Part shown: one piece after another, positions 17,594-27,995 of the stretch
How positions within the stretch are numbered: the stretch's first letter is position 1
Layout: each line of letters begins with the position of its first letter
Origin: an uncultured Gammaproteobacteria bacterium
Lineage (GTDB): Bacteria; Patescibacteriota; Microgenomatia; UBA8517
Length of the DNA: 64,000 bases
NCBI GenBank assembly: GCA_964431555.1
Contig: CAYSJW010000009.1
Coordinates: 10,413-74,412 of the forward strand
Direction of reading: 5' to 3'
Position numbers and translations under genes: made by a program
Notes under the pieces: model-generated
What the model was told of the DNA's origin: nothing
What the model saw: only the letters and a program-made list of their open reading frames with translations
The model's database searches: none

Positions 17594-19156
17594 ATGTCAA
17601 ATAAAAATTTTTACATCACAACCACACTACCTTATGTAAACTCCAAACCTCACATCGGCTTTGCACTGGAAATAGTTCAAGCTGACGTTCTTGCCAGATA
17701 TAAATCGCTTTCAGGTTTTAACGTCTTTTTCAACTTTGGAACCGATGAACATGGACAAAAAATCTACAAAAAAGCTTTAGAGGATGGGAAAGATCCTCAA
17801 ACGTATGTAGATGAATACGCCAAAAAATTTAAGGCCTTAAAAAAAGCACTAAGTTTAACCTACAACAACTTTATAAGAACAACTAATCCTCAACACCAAA
17901 AAGCAGCCCAAGAATTATGGAAAATATGCCTTAAAAATGGTTATATTAAAAAGGGAATTTACAAATCAAAGTATTGTGTAGGTTGTGAATTGGAAAAACA
18001 AGATTCAGAACTAATAAACGGGAGGTGCGCTCTTCACCCCAACTACCCGATAGAACTTATCGAAGAAGAAAATTATTTTTTCAAATTCTCCCAATTCCAA
18101 GACAAATTACTTGCACTTTATAAAAAATTTCCTGACTTTGTCATTCCTCCAAATAGATTAAAGGAAATTAAAAACTTTGTTTCTTCCGGTTTGCAGGACT
18201 TTAGCGTTTCAAGACTTAAGGAAAAGATGCCCTGGGGAATTGAAGTACCAGGAGATGATAAACATGTCATGTACGTCTGGTTTGATGCTTTAACCAACTA
18301 CATTTCAGCATTAGGTTGGCCTCACAATAAAAAAAGGTTTGAGAAATTCTGGGGTACAAATGAAAAACCAAACGCCATTCAAGTAGCAGGAAAGGACAAT
18401 CTAAGACAACAATCAGCAATGTGGCAAGCAATGCTGATGGCAGGAAATTTACCGCCAACAAGACAAATCTTTATACATGGATTTATCACTTCAAAAGGAG
18501 AAAAAATGAGCAAAAGTCTTGGCAACGTTATTGATCCTTTCGAATATGTTCAAAACTACGGAACTGACGCGCTAAGGTATTTTTTGTTAGCAAAAATAAG
18601 CCCCACAGAAGACAGCGATTTTACCAAAGAAAGATTTGAAAAAACTTATAACGCAGACTTGGCAAATGGCTTGGGAAACCTAGTCTCAAGAATTCTAAAA
18701 CTGGTAGAATTGTACTGCGAGGGCAAAGTTCCTCCGGTAGACTCGACAAATCTTAACCCTTTAAAAAAGAATAATAAAATCCACAATATCAGTAAAACTT
18801 GGGAGGATATTAATAACTTTTTACCCCAATTCAGATTCGATGAAGCTTTAAACTCAATCTGGAAGCTTATCAAAGAAATTGACATTTACATAAATGAAAA
18901 CAAACCTTGGGAGTTAGCCAATAAAGATGGTAGGAAATTTAACTTAATAGTCTTTAACCTTTTGCAATCACTCCATCAAATAGCATGGCAAATTTATCCT
19001 TTTTTACCAAACACTTCGAAAAAGATCGCACAAATATTAAATATTAAGGAATTACTTCAAAAAAAACCCAACTACAAAGAAAGTGTTGTAATAATAGTTC
19101 CGGGTACACCAATCTCACCCCCTAAAACTCTTTTCCCCCGTCTTGTTGTAAAATAA
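17594..19156 (+). CDS. metG: Methionine--tRNA ligase (short form without the C-terminal dimerisation domain)
   Basis: YITTTLPYVN, HIGF, GTDEHGQK, YVWFDAL, KMSKS. Confidence 0.96.
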   Translation: MSNKNFYITTTLPYVNSKPHIGFALEIVQADVLARYKSLSGFNVFFNFGTDEHGQKIYKKALEDGKDPQTYVDEYAKKFKALKKALSLTYNNFIRTTNPQHQKAAQELWKICLKNGYIKKGIYKSKYCVGCELEKQDSELINGRCALHPNYPIELIEEENYFFKFSQFQDKLLALYKKFPDFVIPPNRLKEIKNFVSSGLQDFSVSRLKEKMPWGIEVPGDDKHVMYVWFDALTNYISALGWPHNKKRFEKFWGTNEKPNAIQVAGKDNLRQQSAMWQAMLMAGNLPPTRQIFIHGFITSKGEKMSKSLGNVIDPFEYVQNYGTDALRYFLLAKISPTEDSDFTKERFEKTYNADLANGLGNLVSRILKLVELYCEGKVPPVDSTNLNPLKKNNKIHNISKTWEDINNFLPQFRFDEALNSIWKLIKEIDIYINENKPWELANKDGRKFNLIVFNLLQSLHQIAWQIYPFLPNTSKKIAQILNIKELLQKKPNYKESVVIIVPGTPISPPKTLFPRLVVK

Positions 19157-19176
19157 AATCTAACCTCTCACGATTT

Positions 19177-20670
19177 ATGATCGAGAAATTTATAGTTAAT
19201 CACGAAAGAGGTGTTCAAAGAGCGCTTGAAATCTTACCGGGTTTTTTTTCTTGGAACTTAATACTATTTCCTTACTGGGGAATTTTCCTAGTACCCAATT
19301 TAGTTGCCTATTTTGTGCTCGCCTTTAACATCTATTGGTTTTATCAATCTCTAACTGTTGCTTTATCCTCAATTATCTCTCACATTCGCATACAAGCTTC
19401 AATAAAATATGACTGGATTTCAGATTTAAAATCCTTTCCCGATTGGAAAAGGGTTCATCATGTGGTAATTATTACTACCTACAAAGAACCTCTTTATATT
19501 CTTGAAAGAACCATCAGATCTTTAGCAAATCAAACTTTACCAAAAGATCAAATCAGTGTATGTCTTGCAACAGAAGCGGCCGAACCGGAAGAAGAAAGAA
19601 AAAATAAAGTTAGATTATTAAAAGAAAAATTCGGAAAAATATTTAAGAATTTCATTGTAACAGTTCACACCCTCAAGCCTGGGGAAGTAAAAGGTAAAGC
19701 ATCTAACGAACGTTTTGCAGCAATTTGGGTAAAAAATTACCTAATAAACAAAAAAAGAGAAAACATAAACTACATAACAATAACCAGTTGCGACGCAGAT
19801 CATAAATATCATCCGAACCATTTTGCAGCCCTTACCTTTAAATTTCTTGATTCTCCTGAAAGATACCTACGCTTCTGGCAGGCAGCGGTCATGTTCTACA
19901 ACAACATTTGGGAACTGCCTGCAATAACTCGCGTTCCAAATACTCTCATGTCAATTTGGAACCTTTCACAACTACCCAGAAGAGATAGACTAATTAATGC
20001 TCAAAATTATTCCCTGTCTCTCAAACTTTTAGATGAAATAGGTTATTGGGATCCAGACAAAATTCCAGAGGATTGGGGAATATTCTTCAAAGCTTTTTAT
20101 CAAAAAAATGGAAAGGTTGAAGTAGAGCCAATCTACCTACCCTTATATGCAGACGCTGCACTATCAACCTCATTCTTTAAAACTCTCAAAAACCAATATG
20201 AACAAATAAAAAGATGGGCTTGGGGTGCTAGTGACGATCCTTGGATTATTAAAAATTATTTTTTAACAAAAAATGTTCCGTTTTGGGATAAAACAATGAG
20301 ACTTATTGGAGTCATCTGGGCACATTTTCTATGGCCGGTTAATTGGTTTGTTATCACGCTAGGACTCACTGTCCCCATTATCCTTAACCCAGCTTTTGGA
20401 AGAACAATATTGGGCTATACAATTCCAAAATTTTCATCTTTTATCCTCTCCATAACACTAATTTTCCTGACTTTTATGTTGATTTTAGATAACATCTACA
20501 AACCTAAAAGACCAAAAACTTTTCCTATCTGGCGAGCGGTTATCATTCCTTTAGAGTTTGTTTTAATGCCAATTGCCGGATTCTTATTTTCAGCACTCCC
20601 CGGCCTTGATGCCCATACAAGATTAATGCTTGGCAAATATATAGAATACAGAGTTACAGAAAAAGTTTAA
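19177..20670 (+). CDS. Multi-pass GT2 glycosyltransferase (processive synthase-like)
   Basis: KGKASN, CDAD, PED, QIKRWAWG (QxxRW), N- and C-terminal TMs. Confidence 0.88.
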   Translation: MIEKFIVNHERGVQRALEILPGFFSWNLILFPYWGIFLVPNLVAYFVLAFNIYWFYQSLTVALSSIISHIRIQASIKYDWISDLKSFPDWKRVHHVVIITTYKEPLYILERTIRSLANQTLPKDQISVCLATEAAEPEEERKNKVRLLKEKFGKIFKNFIVTVHTLKPGEVKGKASNERFAAIWVKNYLINKKRENINYITITSCDADHKYHPNHFAALTFKFLDSPERYLRFWQAAVMFYNNIWELPAITRVPNTLMSIWNLSQLPRRDRLINAQNYSLSLKLLDEIGYWDPDKIPEDWGIFFKAFYQKNGKVEVEPIYLPLYADAALSTSFFKTLKNQYEQIKRWAWGASDDPWIIKNYFLTKNVPFWDKTMRLIGVIWAHFLWPVNWFVITLGLTVPIILNPAFGRTILGYTIPKFSSFILSITLIFLTFMLILDNIYKPKRPKTFPIWRAVIIPLEFVLMPIAGFLFSALPGLDAHTRLMLGKYIEYRVTEKV

Positions 20671-20837
20671 TTTTTTAAAATAGTTATCATTAATACATTT
20701 TGTAATTGCCAAGATAAAAAATTAATAAAGTTTAAATAATTATTCTTTAAAAAAAACAATAAATTTTTAATCTGTCCCCTATTAAAGATGAAAATCCTAT
20801 AGTTTATAGCCATTTTATACGCCAAACTCCAGTTTCT

Positions 20838-20887
20838 TTTTTCACAGTTATCCACATTTTTTTAAATCAATGTGCAGATGTGAAAAT
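20838..20887. promoter_or_regulatory. Cluster of DnaA-box-like sites away from oriC
   Basis: TTTTTCACA (20838-46), TTATCCACA (20848-56), inverted TGTGCAGAT (20871-79) and TGTGAAAAT (20879-87) in a convergent intergenic gap. Confidence 0.45.
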
Positions 20888-20966
20888 TAGTAATTTATCA
20901 GTAGGAAGAAATTTAAAAATTCATATGTTTTTATACAATTTCGCTTTCTATTATCCAACTACTTAT

Positions 20967-21647
20967 TTAAAAATCGTAAAGCAATGGTTGATCTTCGTAA
21001 TAAATAGTCGATATCTCCTTAATGGCTTTAAAATCATTTATGGTAATTAACTTCTTGTCTACCAATATTAAATCTTTATCTTTGAGTTTTTTAAGCTCAA
21101 TGCTAGCAGTTTCTCTTGATACACCCGAAAGATTTGCAATATCACTATGCGTCTGCGGAATAGGAATTTGAATTCTATTTTCACCTACCGTCTTACCAAA
21201 TCTCCTAGCCAGTAAAACTAAAGAGGATGCCACCTTTTGAGTTGAGTTAGAACGAATCAAATATTGAGTTCTTATCATAAAACCCTCCAGACCAGAACTC
21301 ACTCTTTTTGCAAAGTCAAATAAAACATCTTTATTATTTTTGATAAATTCGTGAACTTTATGAGTAGGAGCTTTTGCAACAACAATATCAGTTACCGCTT
21401 GAAAATAGTAACTATTTGTTTTATCTGCAAGAGTCTCGGTTATCGGAATTAAATTATAAGGTTTATAAATATTAATAGTCAGCTCTAGTCAATTATCATT
21501 TAAAGAGTAAGATTTGATATATCCTGAATAAAGATTGTAAATATAGGCAAGAGGCTCTTCTGGCTTTATTAAAATCCAACTTTTGGGATATTTAAGCTTG
21601 GGATATTGCGAATAAAAATTATCTATTTTTTCCTGAACCAAATCCAT
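20967..21647 (-). pseudogene. Crp/Fnr-family regulator interrupted by one in-frame TGA
   Basis: Frame MDLVQEKID...GYIKSYSLNDN*LELTINIYKP...; TGA at 21489-21491 (codon 53); continues to the HTH THSDIANLSGVSRETAS. Confidence 0.85.
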
Positions 21648-21674
21648 AATTTGACACTAATTGTATCAAAACTT

Positions 21675-21690
21675 TGTAATCTAGCTCACT
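21675..21690 (+). promoter_or_regulatory. Crp-box-like site at about a class II position for the fasciclin gene
   Basis: TGTAA-TCTAGC-TCACT vs consensus TGTGA-N6-TCACA; -10 candidate TATCAT at 21713-18. Confidence 0.55.
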
Positions 21691-21744
21691 GAAATCGAAT
21701 ATTAATTAATATTATCATCTTGCTATTAGAAAGGGGGTGAAAAA

Positions 21745-22320
21745 ATGAGGCAATATTTAATTACTACCCTAATAGCAGTCATACTAGTTGGATTCGCTAT
21801 TTTCTATACGAAAGGCGTAAATTTCAACAATAATATGACTTACGAAAACGGTCTAAGAAGTCAAACAATTTCAAAAACCGAAATTAATAAAGTGCCTAAA
21901 GAAGATATGAATCAAAAACAAAATATAGTTGAAATAGCATCTTCAGATGAAAAATTTTCAACATTAGTTTCAGCAATAAAAGCTGCTGGATTGGTTGAAA
22001 TTCTTTCGTCAGAAGGACCATTTACTGTCTTTGCTCCAACCAATGAAGCATTCGCTAAACTTTCCAAAGAAACCTCAGACGCCGTCTTAGCCGATAAAAA
22101 ACAGCTAAAAAACATACTTATATACCACGTAGTTTCTGGAAAGGTTATGGCGAAAGATGTTGCAAAACTTGATTTGGCAAAGACTTTGCAAGGTGGAAGT
22201 TTAAAAATTAAAGTTACAGATGAAAACGTGATGGTGGACAATGCAAAAGTTATTAAAGCTGACATTGAAGCTGAAAACGGAGTAATTCATATAATTGATA
22301 CAGTCTTGATACCAAACTGA
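21745..22320 (+). CDS. Fasciclin (FAS1) domain secreted protein
   Basis: [28 protein letters not shown]; SD AAAGGGGGTGA. Confidence 0.95.
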   Translation: MRQYLITTLIAVILVGFAIFYTKGVNFNNNMTYENGLRSQTISKTEINKVPKEDMNQKQNIVEIASSDEKFSTLVSAIKAAGLVEILSSEGPFTVFAPTNEAFAKLSKETSDAVLADKKQLKNILIYHVVSGKVMAKDVAKLDLAKTLQGGSLKIKVTDENVMVDNAKVIKADIEAENGVIHIIDTVLIPN

Positions 22321-22344
22321 TACCAAAGCAATTATACAAAGAAG

Positions 22345-22380
22345 AATAAATAAGCCGGCTAAAAAGCCTGCTTATTTATT
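22345..22380. terminator. Bidirectional terminator-like hairpin
   Basis: AATAAATAAGC-CGGCT-AAAA-AGCCT-GCTTATTTATT between convergent genes. Confidence 0.7.
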
Positions 22381-22386
22381 AGATCA

Positions 22387-22890
22387 CTAAATTTTCCTTG
22401 AATCATAAGCCCAGTGCAACAATGCTTGTCGCTGGCGACGCCTGCAGTTTAAATCCCCAGTTTTGCAGTGTTTCTTTATCTGAGCAATATGACGTTTCAT
22501 CATCTTCCAACGTTTTATCTGCCTTTGATCATCCAAACTTCTCCTACCCATATAATATCTGCAGTACCATTGAAACCAACCCCTCGGATCTTGCGGATTT
22601 ATCCATCCCTTTTTTTGCCAGACTGACAACGGCTGGCTTGCATCCACTCCGAAAAAATTAAGTTTTGGGTTTTTCTTTGCAGGAGACAATTTCGCTTTTT
22701 CGAACCAATTTTTAGGAAACTCTTTCCTACAATCCGTTATATACTTTCCACCAAAAACACCAAGCTCAAGCATTTGTTTGGGAGTTAATTCAGGTTTAAA
22801 TTCCGGATCAAAATTCTTGCCGACAGGTTCAGTCAAGTGATACTTGTAATTCTTTTGCATTTTATCATTAACAACAACTATTTTATTCAT
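22387..22890 (-). CDS. Conserved hypothetical basic, Trp/Arg-rich protein
   Basis: FKPELTPKQMLELGVFGGKY and DPRGWFQWYCRYYMGRR, RQALLHWAYD look like conserved motifs; ATG 22890 preferred. Confidence 0.8.
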   Translation of the reverse strand: MNKIVVVNDKMQKNYKYHLTEPVGKNFDPEFKPELTPKQMLELGVFGGKYITDCRKEFPKNWFEKAKLSPAKKNPKLNFFGVDASQPLSVWQKKGWINPQDPRGWFQWYCRYYMGRRSLDDQRQIKRWKMMKRHIAQIKKHCKTGDLNCRRRQRQALLHWAYDSRKI

Positions 22891-22894
22891 GAAG

Positions 22895-23647
22895 TTAATA
22901 CACAAAAGGAATTAATCTGGCAGTTTTCTTCTTATACCTTTGATATCTTTTATCACTCCCCCATTTTTTATCAGCCTTTTCCTCAAGTTTTGGAATCCCA
23001 CTTACAAAAAGTAAAAGCGCAGTAATAAAAAGTGGACTTAATAACCCTACCACTTTATAAGTATTAGGAAGTGAACTATAAACGTATAAATAAATTCCAA
23101 ACCAACACAAAATCTCTCCTAAATAATTCGGATGACGAGAATATTTCCAAAGTCCAATATCAATCCATCTATCTTTGTTACGAGGATCATTTTTAAAGGA
23201 AAACTTCTGATAATCCGCTAGTCCCTCAATTAACAAACCAATAAACCAAATTCCAAAACCCCAAAAGCTAAAGTGTCTAAAATTAGTCTCTGTCTGAAAA
23301 TAAAATAAAGTCGGAAGAAGAATCACAAAAACACTTACTCCCTGCAAAATCCAAAAACTCAAGAATTTAACAAAATCCGGTCTTATTTCATCAAAACGAT
23401 CATCTTTTTTCGTTTTATTTATTCGAATAAACAAGTACACTCCAAGTCTTATTCCCCAAACAGAAATCATTATAAGAAGAAGCAATTTGGGATACACCAT
23501 ATCGCTTTGTAAAAATGCGATCAGGGTAAGAAGAACAAAGGTTAAACTATAAGACAAATCTGTAAGTTTATCTGTTTTAAATTTGAATGCCGGTATAAAA
23601 AGAAAAAATTGTATGGCTAAACTGATTAATAACAAATTGACAATCAT
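22895..23647 (-). CDS. DUF1295 (steroid 5-alpha-reductase-like) membrane protein
   Basis: DDRF, ADYQK, GLWKYSRHPNYLGE, SGIPKLE; SD GGAGGT. Confidence 0.92.
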   Translation of the reverse strand: MIVNLLLISLAIQFFLFIPAFKFKTDKLTDLSYSLTFVLLTLIAFLQSDMVYPKLLLLIMISVWGIRLGVYLFIRINKTKKDDRFDEIRPDFVKFLSFWILQGVSVFVILLPTLFYFQTETNFRHFSFWGFGIWFIGLLIEGLADYQKFSFKNDPRNKDRWIDIGLWKYSRHPNYLGEILCWFGIYLYVYSSLPNTYKVVGLLSPLFITALLLFVSGIPKLEEKADKKWGSDKRYQRYKKKTARLIPFVY

Positions 23648-23808
23648 ACCTAATTACCTCCCTTTGACTTTCTCTTTTTTTCAAAGTCATTTTCGACAAT
23701 TACTAATGAATTCAAAAATTCATGTTATTTCTCTTTTGAGAATAGCCGCAAAATAAACACGAACATATAAGCTTTTTTTCGTATTCAAATAGTACCTTTA
23801 TATATAGT

Positions 23809-24543
23809 TTAATTTATTTGCAGATCATACAATTCCTGAATCTGAATCTTTCTCCTAATTTGCTCCTGCTCTATTTTTTCCTGTTGTTTTCTTGCCTTAG
23901 ATATCTGTCTTGAAGGATTTATTGCAACTAAGATTATTGTTGCTAAAATTCCCAAAATAGCTATTGTTGGTAAAATAAAGGCCAAAACATAAGCCAATAT
24001 CTTTTTTTCTCTGCCCATCTCCTGTTTTTGAACAACATAAGTTCCCGCTATTTTATCATGCCATGCCTGTTTTTCCCTATCCCAAATAACCCAAAGGTAA
24101 CCTAAAGAAAACACAAAGGATGATATTATTTTTCCAAAAAACTCTCTGATTATCGCCTTAGCATAGCCAATATTACCTCCTTCTTTTGAAACCACTTTTA
24201 AGTAAAAGAAGTTTTTGCCTATCGTTGTCTGATAATTGGCGATTGCCACCACCGAATAGGTCACAAATATCAATCCAGAAATCGCATCTCTTACCTCTTT
24301 ACCTGATTTATAAAAAGGGATACTTATAATTAGAATTGGAATTGCCAAAATTAATCCATCCAGTACACTTGCCGCCCATCTTACAACAAATCCTGCCTTG
24401 GGAAGCTCACTCTCGGGGAAATCAGTATTTTTATTTAATTCACCTTTTGATGATTTTGTAACCTCTTGATTTTCAGTAGTTAAAACCGAAGATAAAGGTT
24501 GAATAGCTTCTTTCAATGATTGTCTAACATCGCTTTTCTCCAT
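23809..24543 (-). CDS. RDD-family membrane protein with a C-terminal pilin-like helix
   Basis: AGFVVRWAASVLD, TIGK, WHDKIAGTYVV; tail IAILGILATIILVAINPSRQISKAR. Confidence 0.88.
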   Translation of the reverse strand: MEKSDVRQSLKEAIQPLSSVLTTENQEVTKSSKGELNKNTDFPESELPKAGFVVRWAASVLDGLILAIPILIISIPFYKSGKEVRDAISGLIFVTYSVVAIANYQTTIGKNFFYLKVVSKEGGNIGYAKAIIREFFGKIISSFVFSLGYLWVIWDREKQAWHDKIAGTYVVQKQEMGREKKILAYVLAFILPTIAILGILATIILVAINPSRQISKARKQQEKIEQEQIRRKIQIQELYDLQIN

Positions 24544-24665
24544 TTGATTAATTTAAACACTCCCAAGTTAAAAAGGCAACCAATTTCTGTTAAACTGAAA
24601 AATAGATGACTTAGTAACTTTTTCAAGTATATTCAATAATAATTAAAAACAACTCCAACCAAAAT

Positions 24666-26036
24666 ATGGTCGAAAATGTATTTAATCAAAGTATCTGGGG
24701 AGATGAGGGATTCAGTGCAATTCTTTCGATGAAACCTCTCCCTGAAATAATAAAAATAATTTCAAAAGATACATCACCTCCTCTATGGAACCTAACAGAA
24801 TGGTTAGTTTTTAAAACACTTGGCACAGACGAAATATATATACGCGGATTGTCGCTCTTTTTTTTCTTTGGAGCAGCAATCTTTACATATAAAATAGGGT
24901 CTTTTTGCTGGTCCAGAAAAACCGGCTTTTGGGCCTTAATATTGACCATTTTAAATCCCTTTTTCTTTATATATGCTTTTGAAGGACGAATGTATTCTAT
25001 AATGGCTTTGGGAGTTACCGCATCAAATTACTTTTTCCTTAGGATCTTTTATAACGAAGAAAAAGTTCGTCAAAGAGATAAAATCGGCTATTTTTTCTTT
25101 ACTCTCTGGGCACTTTATTCTCATCACTTTGCTATCTTCAACATCTTTATTCAAATACTTTGGTGGTTTTACGAATTAATCTTCGGAAAAAGAAATAGAG
25201 CGAAAAAAATGTTTAAATTATTTCTAATTACAGGACTAGGTTACACTCCGTGGCTAATTCCCCTTTACAACCAAACTAAGATGGTAAGTGGAGGATTTTG
25301 GCTGGGAAAACCAAATTCCAATGACCTTATCAACTTAATTTTTGACTATCTTGCCTGCGGAATTAAAAACACCAATCTTAAAATACCCATCCTAAACAAA
25401 CCCTTATACGAGATCGGCTTGTATCTGGTTTTTGCCACACTCATTCTTAGAAAATGGTGGAAAAATTTCAAAAAAACATTGTTCCAAATTTTGTGTTTTC
25501 TAGGACCAATAATTTTAACTTGGCTAATTTCTCAGAATTTTCAATCTATCTTTTTTAACAGATACCTTCTCTATACAATCCCATCAGCGATGATTATACT
25601 AGCCTCATCAAGAAGTAAGATTTCGATAGTTCCACTTTCGACTTTGGTTATACTTTTTGGAATAATTGACTATAACTACTTCACTCACCCCCAAAAATTG
25701 CCATTCAGACAGTACTCAGAGTACGTAAAGAGCCAATTAAAAGAGGGGGATTTCCTGATCAATTGGAATTCATCCTCTCATCATCTTTGGGAAACAAAAT
25801 ATTACGGAATTCCTGCACCGATATATATACCTCCTCATGGAGGGGAATTACCATTTTTTGTAGGAACTGCACTTATGGAAAAAGAAGATATTATTAGAGA
25901 AATTCCTAAAGACATAAAAAGACTTGGCGTAATCACAAGTGGACCAATTGAAGAGATTGTCCTTACAGACTATACTCAAATTAGTCTAAAAGAATTTAAA
26001 AACCTTAAATTTATCCTTTATGAAAAAAGTAAATAG
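24666..26036 (+). CDS. GT-C (PMT_2/ArnT-like) glycosyltransferase
   Basis: SIWGDEG, DTSPPL, EGRMYS, YSHHF, RYLL. Confidence 0.85.
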   Translation: MVENVFNQSIWGDEGFSAILSMKPLPEIIKIISKDTSPPLWNLTEWLVFKTLGTDEIYIRGLSLFFFFGAAIFTYKIGSFCWSRKTGFWALILTILNPFFFIYAFEGRMYSIMALGVTASNYFFLRIFYNEEKVRQRDKIGYFFFTLWALYSHHFAIFNIFIQILWWFYELIFGKRNRAKKMFKLFLITGLGYTPWLIPLYNQTKMVSGGFWLGKPNSNDLINLIFDYLACGIKNTNLKIPILNKPLYEIGLYLVFATLILRKWWKNFKKTLFQILCFLGPIILTWLISQNFQSIFFNRYLLYTIPSAMIILASSRSKISIVPLSTLVILFGIIDYNYFTHPQKLPFRQYSEYVKSQLKEGDFLINWNSSSHHLWETKYYGIPAPIYIPPHGGELPFFVGTALMEKEDIIREIPKDIKRLGVITSGPIEEIVLTDYTQISLKEFKNLKFILYEKSK

Positions 26037-27528
26037 ATTAACAAAAAAATTACACGCACCAAATTGGCTCTTATTACTCTTAGCAATAGTATTTATCTTA
26101 AGAATTCCTTCTTTTTTTGAACCATATTCATACGGAGACGAAATGATATACCTAATTTTGGGCAACGCGATTAGAATGGGAATTCCCTTATATTCAGGTA
26201 TTCACGATAATAAACCACCTCTTCTTTATATAATGGCTGCAATAGCTGGAAATCTTTTCTGGTTTAAGGCTATTCTGACTTTTTGGCTGATTATCACCAT
26301 TTATATCTTCTCTAGACTAATAAAAATTCTTTTTCCAAAAGGAAAAATTTCCCATATAATAGGAGTTTCCTTATTCGCACTCCTTGTTACCATCCCTCTT
26401 TTGGAAGGAAATATTATAAATGCCGAGCTATTTATGATAGGTCCAACAATTTTAGCTTTCTTTATCCTTCTTAAAAGAAATCCCAAACCCAAAACTCTTC
26501 TTTTTTCTGGATTTCTTTTTTCTCTATCAACGTTGTTTAAAATACCTGCCATTTTTGATATACCAGCCATTATTTTTCTCTGGATAGCAACAAAACCAGA
26601 CAAAAAAGGTGAATTTAAAACCGTAGTAAAAAATACTTTTCTTCTTTTTATCGGCTTTATCTTGCCTATCCTAGCCTCAATATTATGGTTTTACACAAGG
26701 GGAAGTTTAAAGGAATATATAACAGCAGCATTCTTACAAAATATCGGTTATCTTTCTTCCTGGAGACCCGGAGATGTAAAAGATCCTTTTTTTATCAAAA
26801 ATTTACCTTTAATTATCAGGGGATTAATTGTTTTTCTGGGATTAGCAATTCTTTATCTTAAAAGAAAATTCCTTTCCAAAAATTTTATCCTTGCAACCTC
26901 TTGGCTTTTCTTATCTCTTTTTGCCGCAACTCTTTCAGAAAGACCTTATCCCCATTATCTTATCCAGTCAGTTGCACCTTTATCCATTTTATTCACAATA
27001 CTTTTTAGTCAAAAATCCATAGAACAAGTTCTAACTATAATCCCTTTAACCATCTTTACCATCGTCCCTTTTTATTATCACTTCTGGTATTACAAAACCA
27101 TTCCTTATTATGAAAAATTCATTAAATTTTCAAAGGGTGAATTATCAAAAGAGGAGTATTTTCTTACCTTTGGGGAAGATGTTCTAAGAAACTATAAAAT
27201 TTCCGAATTTATTGTCTCTTCAACAAGAGAAAGTGAAAAAATATTCGTCTGGGGCAGTAACAATTCAACGATTTACGCGCTAAGCAAAAGGCTTCCTCCA
27301 GGAAAATATTTTGCAGATTACCACATAAAGGATTTCTCAAACGACTCAGAAACCACACAAACCCTGCAAAAGGATTTACCTTCCTTTATTGTTATTTTAC
27401 CTAACGCTCCCGAAATATCAGGACTACAAAACCTCTTATTATTAAATTATGGCCTCGTTGAAGAAATAGATAAAGCTAAAATCTGGAAACTTCTAAGTCC
27501 CAAGATAAGATCACTTATTTCCTTTTAA
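26020..27528 (+). CDS. GT-C (PMT_2/ArnT-like) glycosyltransferase
   Basis: YGDEMIY, HDNKPPLLY, NAELF, YPHYLIQ. Confidence 0.85.
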   Translation: MKKVNRLTKKLHAPNWLLLLLAIVFILRIPSFFEPYSYGDEMIYLILGNAIRMGIPLYSGIHDNKPPLLYIMAAIAGNLFWFKAILTFWLIITIYIFSRLIKILFPKGKISHIIGVSLFALLVTIPLLEGNIINAELFMIGPTILAFFILLKRNPKPKTLLFSGFLFSLSTLFKIPAIFDIPAIIFLWIATKPDKKGEFKTVVKNTFLLFIGFILPILASILWFYTRGSLKEYITAAFLQNIGYLSSWRPGDVKDPFFIKNLPLIIRGLIVFLGLAILYLKRKFLSKNFILATSWLFLSLFAATLSERPYPHYLIQSVAPLSILFTILFSQKSIEQVLTIIPLTIFTIVPFYYHFWYYKTIPYYEKFIKFSKGELSKEEYFLTFGEDVLRNYKISEFIVSSTRESEKIFVWGSNNSTIYALSKRLPPGKYFADYHIKDFSNDSETTQTLQKDLPSFIVILPNAPEISGLQNLLLLNYGLVEEIDKAKIWKLLSPKIRSLISF

Positions 27529-27601
27529 TCAATCCTCAAAAAATCAAAAAAACTATAAAATCAGAGAAAATAGTTATAAAATTGTTAAACTGGCAAAGAA
27601 C

Positions 27602-27994
27602 ATGATTAAAGGTAAAACAATAAGAATTAACAACTCCATTTCTACACCTTATAAATCTAAATTTTTGGAAAATATAGCACTGAAGAAAACAGTATACGCT
27701 GCAATATCTTTGTGTCTTCTAAATATTCTTTTTGTTATAATCTCACAAAACAACCTTCCACCAGAAGTTCCTCTCTTTTACGGATTTAGTGAGGGAGAGA
27801 AACAGTTAAGCCAAAAGTGGGGACTTTTAATCCCCGGGGCAATATCTCTGATAATAATACTATTTAATCTAATCCTCTCTGCCATGATAAAAAATAAATT
27901 TTTGAAAGAGACATTAAGTATGACTTCTTTTGTAGTTAGCTTCCTTTTCTTGATAACAGTTTTTAAAATAGTTCTTTTGGTCGGTTTTTTCTGA
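27602..27994 (+). CDS. Small membrane protein (DUF1648-like)
   Basis: LPPEVPLFY motif between TMs. Confidence 0.7.
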   Translation: MIKGKTIRINNSISTPYKSKFLENIALKKTVYAAISLCLLNILFVIISQNNLPPEVPLFYGFSEGEKQLSQKWGLLIPGAISLIIILFNLILSAMIKNKFLKETLSMTSFVVSFLFLITVFKIVLLVGFF

Positions 27995-27995
27995 A

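Noticed and set aside
21489-21491. UGA-to-Gly recoding (genetic code 25)
   Set aside because: TGA ends several intact genes here and no other gene has an internal TGA; a point nonsense change is simpler.
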